A DNA stretch of 64,000 nucleotides from Trichoplax sp. H2 (Eukaryota). Numbering within the stretch: position 1 is the stretch's first letter; every line of letters begins with the position of its first letter. The position numbers and the translations under genes were made by a program. Below, piece by piece: positions 43,301 through 57,800 of the stretch. The DNA is taken from positions 1-64,000 of the forward strand of contig NOWV01000143.1 of NCBI GenBank assembly GCA_003344405.1, given 5' to 3'. The notes beneath the pieces are model-generated. The model worked only from the letters and a program-made list of their open reading frames with translations, ran no database searches and was not told the origin of the DNA.

Positions 43301-44736
43301 TGCTGCAATCCGTTTGTAGCAAAGATATCATAATAAACTCATACTAAGCTGCCGTTGTACTTCATTTTTAAATCGTCAATAATCATAAACCAGATTATTT
43401 TAACGCTACTGCACTCGACGGTTTTAATCATATGAGTTATGAGCCAAAATTACCAGCTGAGTAACTTGAACCATTATATTGGAGTACAGTGACGAAATTG
43501 ATACCAGTTGCGGGAAGCGATGCTATAATTTCAAGATTAATCAATTAAAACAGTGAAAGGGCTTTCCATAAATCATGATTAGTATTGATCCGGTAGGAAT
43601 TAGACGAAGAGTGTGAGCACAGAATGCAGTACAGTACAGTATAAAGATTAGTGTAAAAGAATGTCTGGAAGCCTGTTAAAGTGTGCTTACTGTTTCTAAG
43701 AAACCGGCATAAAAAAAAAGAAAGACAGCAGCAAAAAAAATCGACATAGACATGGACTACCAGTCGTCCTTGTCAAGAAATAATTGATCTAATTTGTGTC
43801 ATCGACGATAGCTTGTCTCACCTATCTTAAGTGGCATTATATTCAAGATTAAATCGTGAGATGATCATGCCATATACACAATACGTATAATCAATAGAGA
43901 CAATAAAACGCTTATTGTTGTACTTTGCCAATATAACTACGCTTAATAGTAGTCGTATGCATCGAGAATTTCTTTTCATTTGTATTTTTGGGAACTAACT
44001 GGTTCCAGTTAATATCGTGTCTCACAATAAATAATTGTTGCTTTATTCATTACAACTTAGTTGCAGTTATCATCTATGAAAGAGGGGATATGAGACTGCA
44101 ATCGATCTTGTATTGTAGTTACAAAATTTTAAAAGTACACGGTATACTGTACAGTACTGCAAATAATTCATGCTACTAAAATAATCATTACCTCAAAGCC
44201 CGGAGGCAAGATCCTCTGATTATAATATTATCGAACTATTTCGATTTACTATCACTTTCCATTAATGCTAAAGCTCCAATTCCAACACGTATATTTGTTT
44301 ATCGACGAGTATTTCGCATATGTTTTACGCCAATTCAAATACTATAGAGTGTAGACTATCGTCTAATGTATGAAAATGGCGGGCATTTACATATCTAACC
44401 GTAAATTAATTTGATTAATTAAACAACTAGTAATCAGGCAATTGTTGGAGAATACCGGCAGTAATGCAAATATAAAGACGTACAGTTTTTGCATATTGTG
44501 TTCAATTCCTAGGTCAATTTAAAGTAATAAATTTTCAACTACCGTTTCTGATTTCTTTATTGAATATGCATCGACAATTCAGGTATCTTTCTAACTAACT
44601 TATACCGTCAATAGAGGCACAGAAATAGTCGACATCAACAAATTTGTCTGGATTTAAATCAGTTTTATTATCAGATTTTTGATATTGCTATAGTTATTGA
44701 TTTTTGGATATTGTATAAATTAAACTTAACACGAAC

Positions 44737-46104
<1,368 letters not shown>

Positions 46105-46242
46105 TTAGGTTTTATGGAGAGAAAAAAAAATCAGAAATGCCAAGAGGAAAAAATCCTTGTAACGGTCAAGTGGAAGTTTCGCACGATACCTTCGAGATGC
46201 AACGTCGACGAAAAGTGGAGGGCGAGTGAATGTGAAATACGA

Positions 46243-46312
46243 TTTATATAAAGTGCTGAGGGATTCACCCCCCCTACGGTTGTTACATGACGTCAGGTGA
46301 CGATAACCAATG
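46243..46312 (-). promoter_or_regulatory. Candidate actin B core promoter: TATA, CRE, CCAAT
   Basis: TTTATATAAA 46243-46252; TGACGTCA 46288-46295 plus half-site TGACG; CCAAT at ~46307. Confidence 0.55.
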
Positions 46313-47362
46313 GTAAACATGGTCAAGGTGTTTTGAATTTGAGAATGCACAGTAGTATCATTTACTTTGTTTTGTCATACAGGCCTATATACAGTACGCC
46401 GTACGCCGTCTAGTACAGTACGATACGGTACGGTACAGTACTGTACTGTACTAGGGCGATATGGAATTAATTAATTAATTAATTCCAATGGATAAAATTT
46501 ATAGCTGCAGATACCATACCCATCAATACTGTAGAATCCCTCATATTGAGTACAACATCATCCTATAATCCAAATCGGAGCAAACCAATTTCCATATCAG
46601 GTCATGAAAAAAGTGTTTTTCTTGACTTCTTTTGTCATCACTTCTCTTCATTTTAGGGGATGGGTAAATAAAGTAAATACATAAATATCATCAATGTACA
46701 GTACATTCACAGAAGAAAAACATGCCTGTTTTGCATGACAGTACTGTATTTCATGGTCATTACTTTTGGATTAGGCCTATTTTTCTACTTTTTTTGTCAT
46801 AGCTCAGCGTGTTAGCTGCAGGACTATATTTATACCGTACTCTCTCTCTCTCTCGGTTGAGTCTATTTTGCAAACGTCTTCCACAAACGATCATTGTTTC
46901 TAGCGTGATGATCAACGTTTAGACTGTCTGATGAACGCTTTCCAATGAAGAGGAAGGAATTTTTTCCAGGTAATTTTCCCATTCTACATCAATCATTCAA
47001 CAAAAGTGTGCTTTGCCTTACTATTCTATCACAAGTAGTGGCATCAATCAGTCATGACAACGTAGCATCATTATACTACTGTATAGCATATTTTTTCACA
47101 TATTCATAATACTGTACTGTCCTATTTCTTGAAAAAACATCTCATTTAATTATTCTGTAAATACTGTCAAGATGAATTCACTTCAAGGCAATCTTGGACT
47201 TCCAAGTATAGCTAGACTACCAATTGACTATCCTGTTTGAAGGAGTCTACTGTGGTAGTTATTATTATTGAGCAAATTGAATCTGTACAATAATACAAAG
47301 TCTTTAGAAAACAATGCAATGACATCACACTGATTGCAGACGGCCCGGGTGCTGGGCTCATT

Positions 47363-47818
47363 TTTGACCATATATGGTCAAATTTTCCAGCACAGTAGGG
47401 GGGCACCTCTGGAGCTGCCCAACAATCGCCCCCGCACCTATTGTCCATGTCAACTACAACACAAAAGGCAACACACCCAATTTTGCATGACAGTAACGTG
47501 AGCTAGCGTCTATTACACATGCGATTTCTACTGGTTGCCTTTGAAGGTGGCCGTCGAAAGCCAGTCATTAATTAGCTGAATACGGATATATTTGATGTTG
47601 ATGCATCCTGATGGTTTTACCTTTGTCCTTTAATTTTTGTGTTTTGCAGAGTGAATGATAGTGCGTGTGATCTCCTGCTAGAAATGAAATAATGTTGCTC
47701 CTAAAATGGAGAAGCTACAGTGTTTCAATCGTTGAAAGTAGGAAAGTTGGATGGAAATAAACAAGTAACATTACCTAGTTTGGTATTTCGTCCATGTCCA
47801 ATAATTGGCCTAAAATGG
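47363..47818. promoter_or_regulatory. Cluster of CArG (SRF) boxes upstream of actin B
   Basis: CCATATATGG 47368-47377; CCTAAAATGG 47700-47709 and 47809-47818; near-match CCTAGTTTGG at 47774. Confidence 0.6.
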
Positions 47819-49829
47819 ACTCTTGCTAGATTACCGTACAAGTATCGTACAGTCGATGCTGCTAGGAGAGTGTATGCGTCATGACGGCCAAGGTTGACCG
47901 ATAAATTGACTGACGACGGCATTGTTGAGTAATAGTAATTATGAATCAATAACGCGCAGGCGAAGTTTGCAGTTTTTGTCTCTGCAAGTTTAGTGCTATG
48001 TACAGTACGTACAGTAAATACTAAAGTCCTGCAATGGAGTAAAAACGCAACCCAAACCCGATCAAATTGTTAATTTCCTAACCCGAAATGAGTGCAATTG
48101 CTATACAAACACTTTATTAGCATAGAAATTCTTATAGCCTCCCCCATCGAATCGGGTTCAATTCGGGTTGATGGTTGACTTTTAAAGGACACTGATATAC
48201 AGTACATTCGTACTGTATATACAGGCATACAATATAACCAATGCTTTATAGCCAATTCACAGGAGCTGTACTGTATATATGTTGATATTCATTTATTCAT
48301 GAATTAAACGTCAAATACACACAATATTGTACAAATTTATGAGGTGTCTGATAGCATAAGATATTTATAATGGAAGTATGGTTTTGTATTTGATTGGCTA
48401 GTCCTGTGATCGATTGCTAATTACCGTGTTACCTATAGTTTTGAATTCTTTCTATTTTGAACATCTACAAAATGATGTACGATACAGTGGCCATACTGTG
48501 GTCAAGGCCTGGCCTGGAATAATCGAGTAGATGTAAATCATCTTGTAATTCGTAGACAGTAATGGAATATTGATCGATCAACATTGCATTATTACGCATT
48601 GTTTAGTCCCTATAGTTTGTACTACGATCGCGCTACGTATAAATTACTTTACAGGCTATACAGTACATGATTTTACAATAGTGTCAGGGGCTGTTATTAC
48701 TAAAAACTACTAGAAACAGAGAGCATCATTTTATTTCTATTATCACTCGTCTTTTAATACAGTTAGTAGTCATGACTCACTACGAGCTGAAACCGGGCAG
48801 GTGTCATCTTCAATCACGGTGCTGCAACAGTATTTCAAGATTGATCCTACAGTTCTCAGTCAGTTTAGTCACTGTAAAAGAATATTTTTCTCAAAACGAC
48901 TTTGCAGATTATTATCGTTGATCCTTTCATGCTGACAGCAAGTAATGTTAGACATTTCCTAAACTTTTAGATTGTAAAAGTGTTACCATCTTTTTGAGGA
49001 CATCTTTTGGTGTATTCTCAGCTAAAACATACAATGATAACAATTGTATTATCACTAGAGAATCGTAATTGATTGAGCGTAAATAAGCGTATAAGTGAGT
49101 TAAGCGGACGGTAAGTTGAAAGCAAATACAGCATATTGTCCCATTATACAGTACTATACTGTACTGTATAGATTATTACGTGTACGGGATTGTAATTGAT
49201 CCACTTGCCCGTAGGGTCTCTCTACTGTCTTGCAATTTTCGAGTGTAAATTAAGGATAGTATGATACTGCTCTTTACATACCTTAGCAAAATTAGGAAAA
49301 AAAATTACATTTATTTTTACTATTAGTGACGCTATTGTAATCAACACGATGCAGTAATATTTGTAGTTCTCTAAATTCGACATTGTAGCCCAGGATGGTA
49401 TAGTGATCTAATCTTGGTAAGAAATCATTTCCAACTCTTTTTTCGGTGGTTTTCGCAAATCCTTCTGCAAATAAAACAACTTCAGTCTGTACGGCTGTTT
49501 ATGAAAATCGGGTCAGCAGCCAGCAGTTGACTAGTTTATTTGTTATTTTAAAATACCAATCGACGGGAAATTGATTGTACGCGTAAATAGTTGATAAACT
49601 GTAGCACTCATTGAAAATAACTGTCTAATTACAGTTATTTTATTCTGAACGGTAGGGAACCTCGACTAGAGTACTTGACTTATATTATTTTTATTTAGCA
49701 TGGTTTACGGCTTTGCCTTTCTCGGTGAATGTTAGAGTTGTTGTGCTTGGGGAAATCTGCTCTGTATGTGCAGTGTTAACAAAGAGTAAAAGAGGAATAC
49801 TGGATCTCTTTGGTTCCATGTTCACTCTC

Positions 49830-51236
49830 TTCAGTCACAGGCTACCACAATGAAAAGATTTTGGTGTCAATGAACATTCGATTTGCCTTATCTGCATTTG
49901 CTTTGCTGTGCCGTGTTCAATGGGCGAGCTGGTGCCTATACTGTACGTACATGAGATATTCTCATTCCAAATGTACAGTGCAGTAGACATGACTCTGCTC
50001 TATTGTACAGTATGTACACTTGTACTGTACAATGTAGAGTCTGCAGTTCTACAGTACCATACTGTACGTAGGGTATATTGCACTGTACTGTACTACTGTA
50101 CTGTACAGTTTCGGACTCAAGTATCCACAGGTGTTGGTGCGACTAGTGTGTTGACAAACTTATCAATAGTAACTGAGTAGTTAAAGTCCATCGTGTACAA
50201 CTGTACTTTCAGTATTCAAGCACAGGCTACCACAATCAAAAGATTTTTGTCAATGAAGATTCGATTTCACTCATTTGCTTTTGCTTTGCTGTGCTGTGTT
50301 CAATACTGGATAGTGTAATGTATTGTACGAGTTCGTACCTACAGTACAGTACGTACAGACGTACAGTACTGTACACTGTACAGTACAGACTGTTTCATAA
50401 CATTTTGTCACTTTCGGGCCATATTTTTCTTTAAAAATACAGTAAAGCTATAATAGAATGATATACAGTATGAGGTTGATGACTATGTACTGTAAAGGAA
50501 AAATGTACAGTACTGTACTGTAGATGTCAAGTGAAAGTACTGTACTGTACAGTATTCTCATTACAAATGTACGGTACAGTACATTGTACAGTACAGTATA
50601 TGACATGTACTGTACAGTCACATGACTCTACTACAGTGTACAGTACGCAGTTCTACAGGACAACACTGCACAGTATGGTATACAGTACTGTACTGTACAG
50701 TACAGTATTGCACTGCAGTACTGTACAGTGTACAGCTTCGGACTCAAGTATCCACAGGTGTTGGAGCGGCTAGTGTGTTGACTAATTTATCAATAGTAAT
50801 TGAGTAGTCAAAGTCCATCGTGTACAACTGTACATTCAGTATTCAATCACAGGCTACCACAACCAAAAGATTTTTGTCAATGAAGATTCGATTTCCCTCA
50901 TTTGCTTTTGCTTTGCTGGGCTGTGTTCAATACTGGATAGTGTAATGTACGAGTTCGTACCTACAGTACAGCACTGTACTGTATACTGTATGACTTACAG
51001 TATTCTCATTACAAATGTACAGTACATTGTACAGTATATGACATATACGATAAAGTCACATGACTCTACTACAGTGTACAGTACGCAGTTCTACAGGACA
51101 ACACTGCACAGTACGGTATCTTGCATTGTAGTACAGCTTCGGACTCAACTATCCACCGGTGTTGGTACGGCTAGTGTGTTGAGTTGAAATGGTAATTGAG
51201 TAGTCAAAGTCCATGGTGTACAACTGTACATTCAGT
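49830..51236. repeat. Three-copy composite tandem repeat with variable TACAGT filler, directly upstream of PGAP2-like B
   Basis: cacaggctaccacaa at ~49836, 50221, 50848; ttcggactcaa.tatccac.ggtgttgg at ~50110, 50737, 51138. Confidence 0.9.
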
Positions 51237-51265
51237 GTGGGTACAGTTGGAAAGCAACTTGCAAA

Positions 51266-53496
51266 ATGGCTTCCTCCGAACTGGCAGCCAAGCCGACATT
51301 CTTCACGCATAAATTTCGCCGTAGTGGCTATGTTGTTTTATCGCTTCCTTTACTCTCTTTCAGTGTCTGCTTAATTCTAACATTTCTTTACCATTTTGAA
51401 GAATCTCTTGCCACTCATTGCAAGGTAATGGTTGCTAATTTAGCCGTTGATAATGGCCTTCTTGCTGCCTCATTCAACATCACAACAGTTGGTGAGGCAA
51501 TGCTACTGTACAAGTGTAGAACAAATGTCTATCTACGCTTATACGATAGACTGATATCATCAGATGTCCTACCGCTTAATCTTGTTATTTGCGCCTACCT
51601 TTTTAATCTTGACAAGTGATATATGTATTGGCTCATTGATATACGCCAATATCAAACGTGCAACAACTGTTGCAGACAGCGTACTGTACATTGGGGGATA
51701 TGACATAGCTCAATCGAAAAGGATGTTGTGACAGCATGTAACTTACACATTGATTTTGAGCTTGATAATCCAATCGTATACACAACAACTACAACTCCTT
51801 CCCTAGGATCAATCAATAATGGACTTACCGTTGATCGATAGACAAGATAACACTACGTTAAGTATAGTATGTGTAGACTGCCAAGTAATATCCGAAATGA
51901 TTGTATCGTAGTGTGCGTTGCTTCTTATTCATTAATGGTAATACATGCGACATGGTTTAGAAGACATTAACCCTGCATCCTATGCTGGAGCTGATCTGGC
52001 TGATGATAATTATTATATAAACGGTGTGATAGAATAAAATAGTATGGAATGCAAAGCATATTTTGTAGATGGATATGTTTGTCAAGTTGTACTATCATCG
52101 GTTATCAAGTTCATCTTTCGCACTGATATAACATCATTAATAGTGGTACTGTTTCCATTGCAGGTGCCTCAATTCCTGCCTTCCTTAAGCGCTGCTATAT
52201 GTAACTCTCCTCAAAGCTATATTTGGCGCCTTGGAATAGGATTTCATAGTGGACCAAGAATCTACTATAACGTCTTATATTACGACGTCTTTCAAACTTA
52301 TCGACCTACCGATCCTAGTAATTGGCCGACGTTATACTGGCTTATTTCTGTCGTTACTGTGATTAGTGGTATCTTGGAAAATTTTTTTTTAATGCTGCTG
52401 AGTAATGTGCCATCAACTGAAAATCACCGTAAGAATTCTACAATTAATTCTAACTACTATACATTTACTGTATCAACAATCAATTCATTATAATGAATGG
52501 GAAAACTAGTCATCTACCCTTGTCAAAATTTTAACATCATTGGTTTTCCTTCAATTAGTTTTCATATACAGTATCACGTTTACATCACTCAACTGCTTCT
52601 TCACCTGGCCATATATTAAGCGATCATTGAATATCTCTGTCGTGTTTTATAGCTTTCAGAACATATCTTGTTCCCTTTTTCTATAGGTCTCCATATCAAT
52701 AGCTTTGTGTATTTCATTACTTTTGCAATTATCTACATGATGCTGACTTGTATTTTATATTGGTGGAAACGCAGAAACGTAGTTTTACCGTCAACGGTAG
52801 GCAGAAAATACTCATACTTAAACATCGTCGTAAATGTAAAACTCGTACTCTACTATACCGTCTTAGTGATTAAGACTAACTTAAAGTTATAACCTTGTTG
52901 AACACTTACGCTTAATTTTAAAATTAATCTAATCACTCTTTTCTTTATTTATTACCAAAATAAACTGTTGGATGAACATAAAACAGTGGCAAAAATCCTT
53001 GAGGTACAAGCTCGCAATGTTTTTGCTCTTTGTTTCCTTCTTTGGAATCGCGATGGTTGTCTATGTTAGACACAATGCCCGCTGTGAACCTTACAGTATC
53101 CTTTTATGCAATTATTTACAAAGTATTCAATCAATCTATCGAACAAGATAGAACTGACGTTGGTGCAGTATTACTTAAGGTTACGTTAAGAAAAAATAAT
53201 TGTATTGACTAATTTCTTACACGTTTATATTAACTGTTTAAGCGAACGAAGTATTTGGATCAGATGTTATATACAAGTCGCACTAACATTGCATCTGATC
53301 CCCAAGTTTTTACCTAAATTATGCAAGGTTTCTTAACACATTGATTATTATCATATCAGTGTATAGCTATTATGCGCTATTCCAATATTTGATTATATTA
53401 TCCAATGTGGCATTTCATACCACGGGCATGATTGATTTTTGGGACGCTGATGTTGTAACGCAAGATCATATTATAACTAAGAAGAAAATGGAATAA
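51266..53496 (+). CDS. PGAP2: PGAP2-like membrane protein B; exons 51266-51424, 52164-52428, 52687-52796, 52987-53095, 53360-53496
   Basis: 'ATHCK|VPQFLPSLSAAI..PQSYIWRLGIGFHSGPR', 'RHNARCEP', 'SNVAFH'; intron positions match paralog A. Confidence 0.9.
53096..53359 (+). other. U12-type GT-AG intron of PGAP2-like B
   Basis: Donor GTATCCTTT; branch-like TTTCTTAAC at 53329-53337. Confidence 0.85.
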
Positions 53497-54833
53497 AATT
53501 ACTTGGATTGGATAACTCTCACAGTAGGTAGTAATGTCAGCATAAAGATCAACTTCTATATTTCTGCATTATATGCTATTAGTTGAGAAATTAGATCACG
53601 TCAATCATAAAAATTTCTGTAATTATCAACAACTTGGTGTTGTAGGTGCATTGTAGCGATTAGTGCACTAGCTGTACTTTCCGTATAAACTATACCGGTG
53701 GAAGCATTATAAATGAAAATACATTCTTTATTACTAAATCTAGGTAAACGTTTAGGAATATCAGCAAGCTTGCCTAATTGTACAATACATAGCAGACAAC
53801 GTTTAATTTCTTATTTTTCATTGACCACTTTTACAATAGATATTTTCGTATTAATCTAATACATACTAGCCTTAAATTAGAGTATATAACTGTTTACCCT
53901 CGGAAGTGCTGTACATGTATGGTAAATTGTGCGTTATTATTCAAGAATAACAGATCTCTGATGAGGTGCAGTGATATAAAATAGAACTGTATCAAATCAG
54001 GGCAGCCTTGCTACTTCGATTTTGATCTCATAAACAATACATAATACGTATATTATCAATCAGTGTGTATACTTTCGCTTAAAATTATCAAGTACCTTTA
54101 TACTATTTGAAAATATTTCAACAATTATTTGCGTGCGACATGTTACAAACCTTGCGAAATTGAATAAAATTATAAGTTTTTTTATTTTTTATTTATAAAA
54201 ATTTCGCATAAATGTAAGATATTCGAATTTTTAATGATCCCATACTACAATAGATCTGAGAAAGGTTCGGTTTGCTCTAATGTATCGATTTGTCGTAGAA
54301 AACTTACAGTCGATATCGCACAAATTTGAACGGTTTTGACTGTTAGCAAAATCGATATTTTATTAGAATCGAAAGTTTTTTGGTCATCATAATATCTACG
54401 AAATATGATGGACTCCGTACTGGAAATTATAAGGCCAACAATTAAATGGGTAATCTTTCAAGACCTTCCACACTAGTGTCTGTTACACAGTATGAAAACG
54501 AGATAGTCAACATAAAAGATTTTTATGGCATGGAAATTACACCATTTATGATATATAGTATATATAAGATATTAAATTCAAGAATTCCATAAAAAATTAC
54601 TTCGTAAGCTCAAATCAGTCTGTTTAATAAGATAAGATACATTAAATTATGTATACTGCATGATACTGATAGACTTCGATTTAAAATAAATTCACAAGAT
54701 GGCAGTATTCGTGCCAAATAAATATACCAGGTATTCCATACTGTTATTTTGCTATCACGATAACAAGACGTTGGTGATATTTAGTTCGCTGTCGTTGTAC
54801 CAAGAGCATTAACTTTTAGAAAATATTAAATAT

Positions 54834-57800
54834 TTACTTGTAAACAGGTAATACACAGTGTAAGCCATGATTAAACTTATTAACTTCTGGCGTACTCGTA
54901 TGCATAGGAGTAGGTCTTCGAGAGGAGATACATCTTAAATGAACATTGTGATTAACTACGTAGAGCTCCAGAGGGTCAACTTGACTTAGCACTGTGATAA
55001 CTTGCCTATAGTAACAATAAAATTGAGTTAAAATTGTGATGCAAATAATAGACCTCCTTTAAATGTTTCACTTGTAGATCTGATATAAATCATCTTCAAT
55101 TAGAAAGATAGATTTAACAACATATTGTAACCACAATATCATAGTCAATTATAAAAAATAGTAAGGGTATATTGACGCATATCGACAATTTACCGTGTCT
55201 TTGGAGGAAGGCAATCAACTGTTAATAATCCACCACGAGTCGACACTAGGTTCTGGCTACCAGAACAATCACATTCAATATAAAATGATGAATTAGCAGT
55301 ACCATTTTCCGCAGTCATGATCAATCCGCCCATATTGTCCATAAGATATGAACACTTTAATGTTTGAGGTAGATTCGCTATCTAAAAATCAGAAAATGTA
55401 AGTATAAGTAATGTCATGCTAGGCTATAAATTGAAAATTTAGGTTATATTAATATTATATTACTTCGTGCTGCTTTCCATATTTTTCAACCATCAAGAAT
55501 AAGGCATTTGCAACAAAACTTGATGTATTTTCTACCTCATCTACTTGAATGACCTTGGAAGAATGCAAGGCTAAAACATACTTCGATTGTTCACTCAATA
55601 ATAAATTTTCATCTAATAGCAATAATAAATTACAGTTAGTCTCGGTGAAATTTCAGCAGATATAACTAACTATATCTGACTTCAAAGATTTAACATTCAT
55701 TATGCAGAAGTACAAATTCATATATTTTTAGATCTCTTACTGGATAAATCTGTTAGCGAGCAAGTTTGCATAATAATGGAGAGGTTTTGAAACGACAGTG
55801 TTATAGCAATATATAAACCAGGTTCAAGTAGAGCATGGCAGTTTAAGTAAGCGTGATATCTTCTTTCACTTTTAACAACACAGTGCAAAATTTCGCCTGT
55901 TACAGAATCACATTTGTAAACTACTACCACAGCGTCCAATATATCAACATTTGATTTATTTCCTACGGCTCTATAAATTGAAAGAAAATTTATGTATAGA
56001 TTTTACGTTAGGAAATTGCAACTACAATTTAACCCACGAAATTTTAGCCAGCACACCTGAGGTTATCTTGGTATAGAGAAAATTCTACTTCTGATGTTTC
56101 AAAGACAGCAATTTGGTGGCACTTTACAACATTACCAGTCATTGGCAAAGAAAAATGTCCCGAAATCCTGTTTTCCATCCAACTCGGATTTACTTTACAT
56201 ACATCAACACTTTCAAAATATCTGAGGCATAAGCAAAGAATACAGTCAAGGCTAATACGGGCGTTGATATTTTAATGGCTGCTATAAGAAATTTTACTGT
56301 CCAATGGGTTATACTCTCAAGCGCAAATTAGACTCCGCCAGTTTATGAAAAAGTTGTTAGAATACTTCGCTGGAACTGTCTTACTGATTTATTAAATACT
56401 ACTAAACACTTTCTATATAAGAAAATTTGGAAATTAATCGCATTCTTGGGTAACACAGACCGAAAATAGGTCAGCGTTTATGTAGATTGGCGATTTTCAT
56501 GTAATATCAATAAATTACAGAATAATCACGAAATTACATAAAGGTTGACCTTTTTCGATTTATGCTACCATAGAATGAGGTTCATTTTGAAATTTTTTAT
56601 ATAGAAGTGTTTAGTAGTATATAATGCATCAAGTACAATAGTTCCAGCGAAGTATTCTTGAGATCTTTCAAGAAGTAGCGGGGTTTAGTGCACATGTACA
56701 TGGAAGATATATACCGAACTTAATAACAGGTGATAAAAGGCTTGATCTCATCTGGGTAAATATACCTCATAAAATCATCAAATGACATCCAAAATATGCC
56801 TTCTTCACTACCATGAGGAAGCAATTTATTACGTAAACTTATTGTCCAAAGAGGTGAATCATCAGACCAATCGCCATTCCAGGAACAACGTTTCCACGGA
56901 TTGCGTAGCCTTACTAGTCTAAATTTTAAAGTGATATCGATGTAGAGTTATCGATTATTGTCTGACATGGAAACATCATTAGGTTTTCATTTGATCTAGA
57001 AGATACATGTCCACCTATTCATATTATTCCTTTACCTGATTCCATTAATGTCTTGTACATCAAGAAGTGAGTAAGCATGGTTGGGTTGTAAACCAACTTG
57101 GTGATATTCTGTTGCATTTATACTGCTATTTAAGCAACCACACGATGAACCCATCAAAAAGCTATACCAACATTTTAAATAAATAATTAATTAATCAGTC
57201 GAATGATAAATAATATGCTAATTTTACGTGGAGATATGGTTATTTCATAACTTTATAGCTACCTAGCTTCTTTACAACTTAATAAACGGGCCCAGATTAA
57301 ATCCTTATCGATATCAGGAGAATAACTACTTATTGTTTCTGAAAAGTAAGAACCAGATTGTACGGTTAATGAATAAATTTCATTATTAAGTATGATATGC
57401 ATATAACATTATCAATTTAAATTTAGATTGTGACCAACTTTGTAATTTAATCATTTCACAAGGAGCTCCAGTAAGTGTAGCTAGACCTTCAATACAACGA
57501 CCAGAAGATAATGCTTCATAGCATCCATGCATCTTAGCTAAAGCCTTTTCAATAAATGGAACCCATAATTGATTTCTTTCAGCCTAAAGAAGTAGCTGAC
57601 TATTAAATAATCGCAATTATCCACATGACTTTTAATAATACAAGTATTGCTACGACTAAACTAATTATCATCGCTATGCGACTTGTACTGCGATCAGTAT
57701 AGTTACATACTTGAGAATAAACTAAATGCCCGTATTCATCACACGGAAGGAAATCATCGATAAGAATGATATTCCAACGACCATTATTGCATAATCTGAC

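Noticed and set aside
40400-44600. 4-kb gap between PGAP2-like A and actin B searched for hidden genes
   Set aside because: Only short low-complexity ORFs; no supportable exon chain or RNA gene seen by eye
49908-51187. Y/C/T/V/S/Q-rich ORFs (also 24472-24905, 38340-38528, 61748-62223)
   Set aside because: Translations of the stop-poor TACAGT repeat
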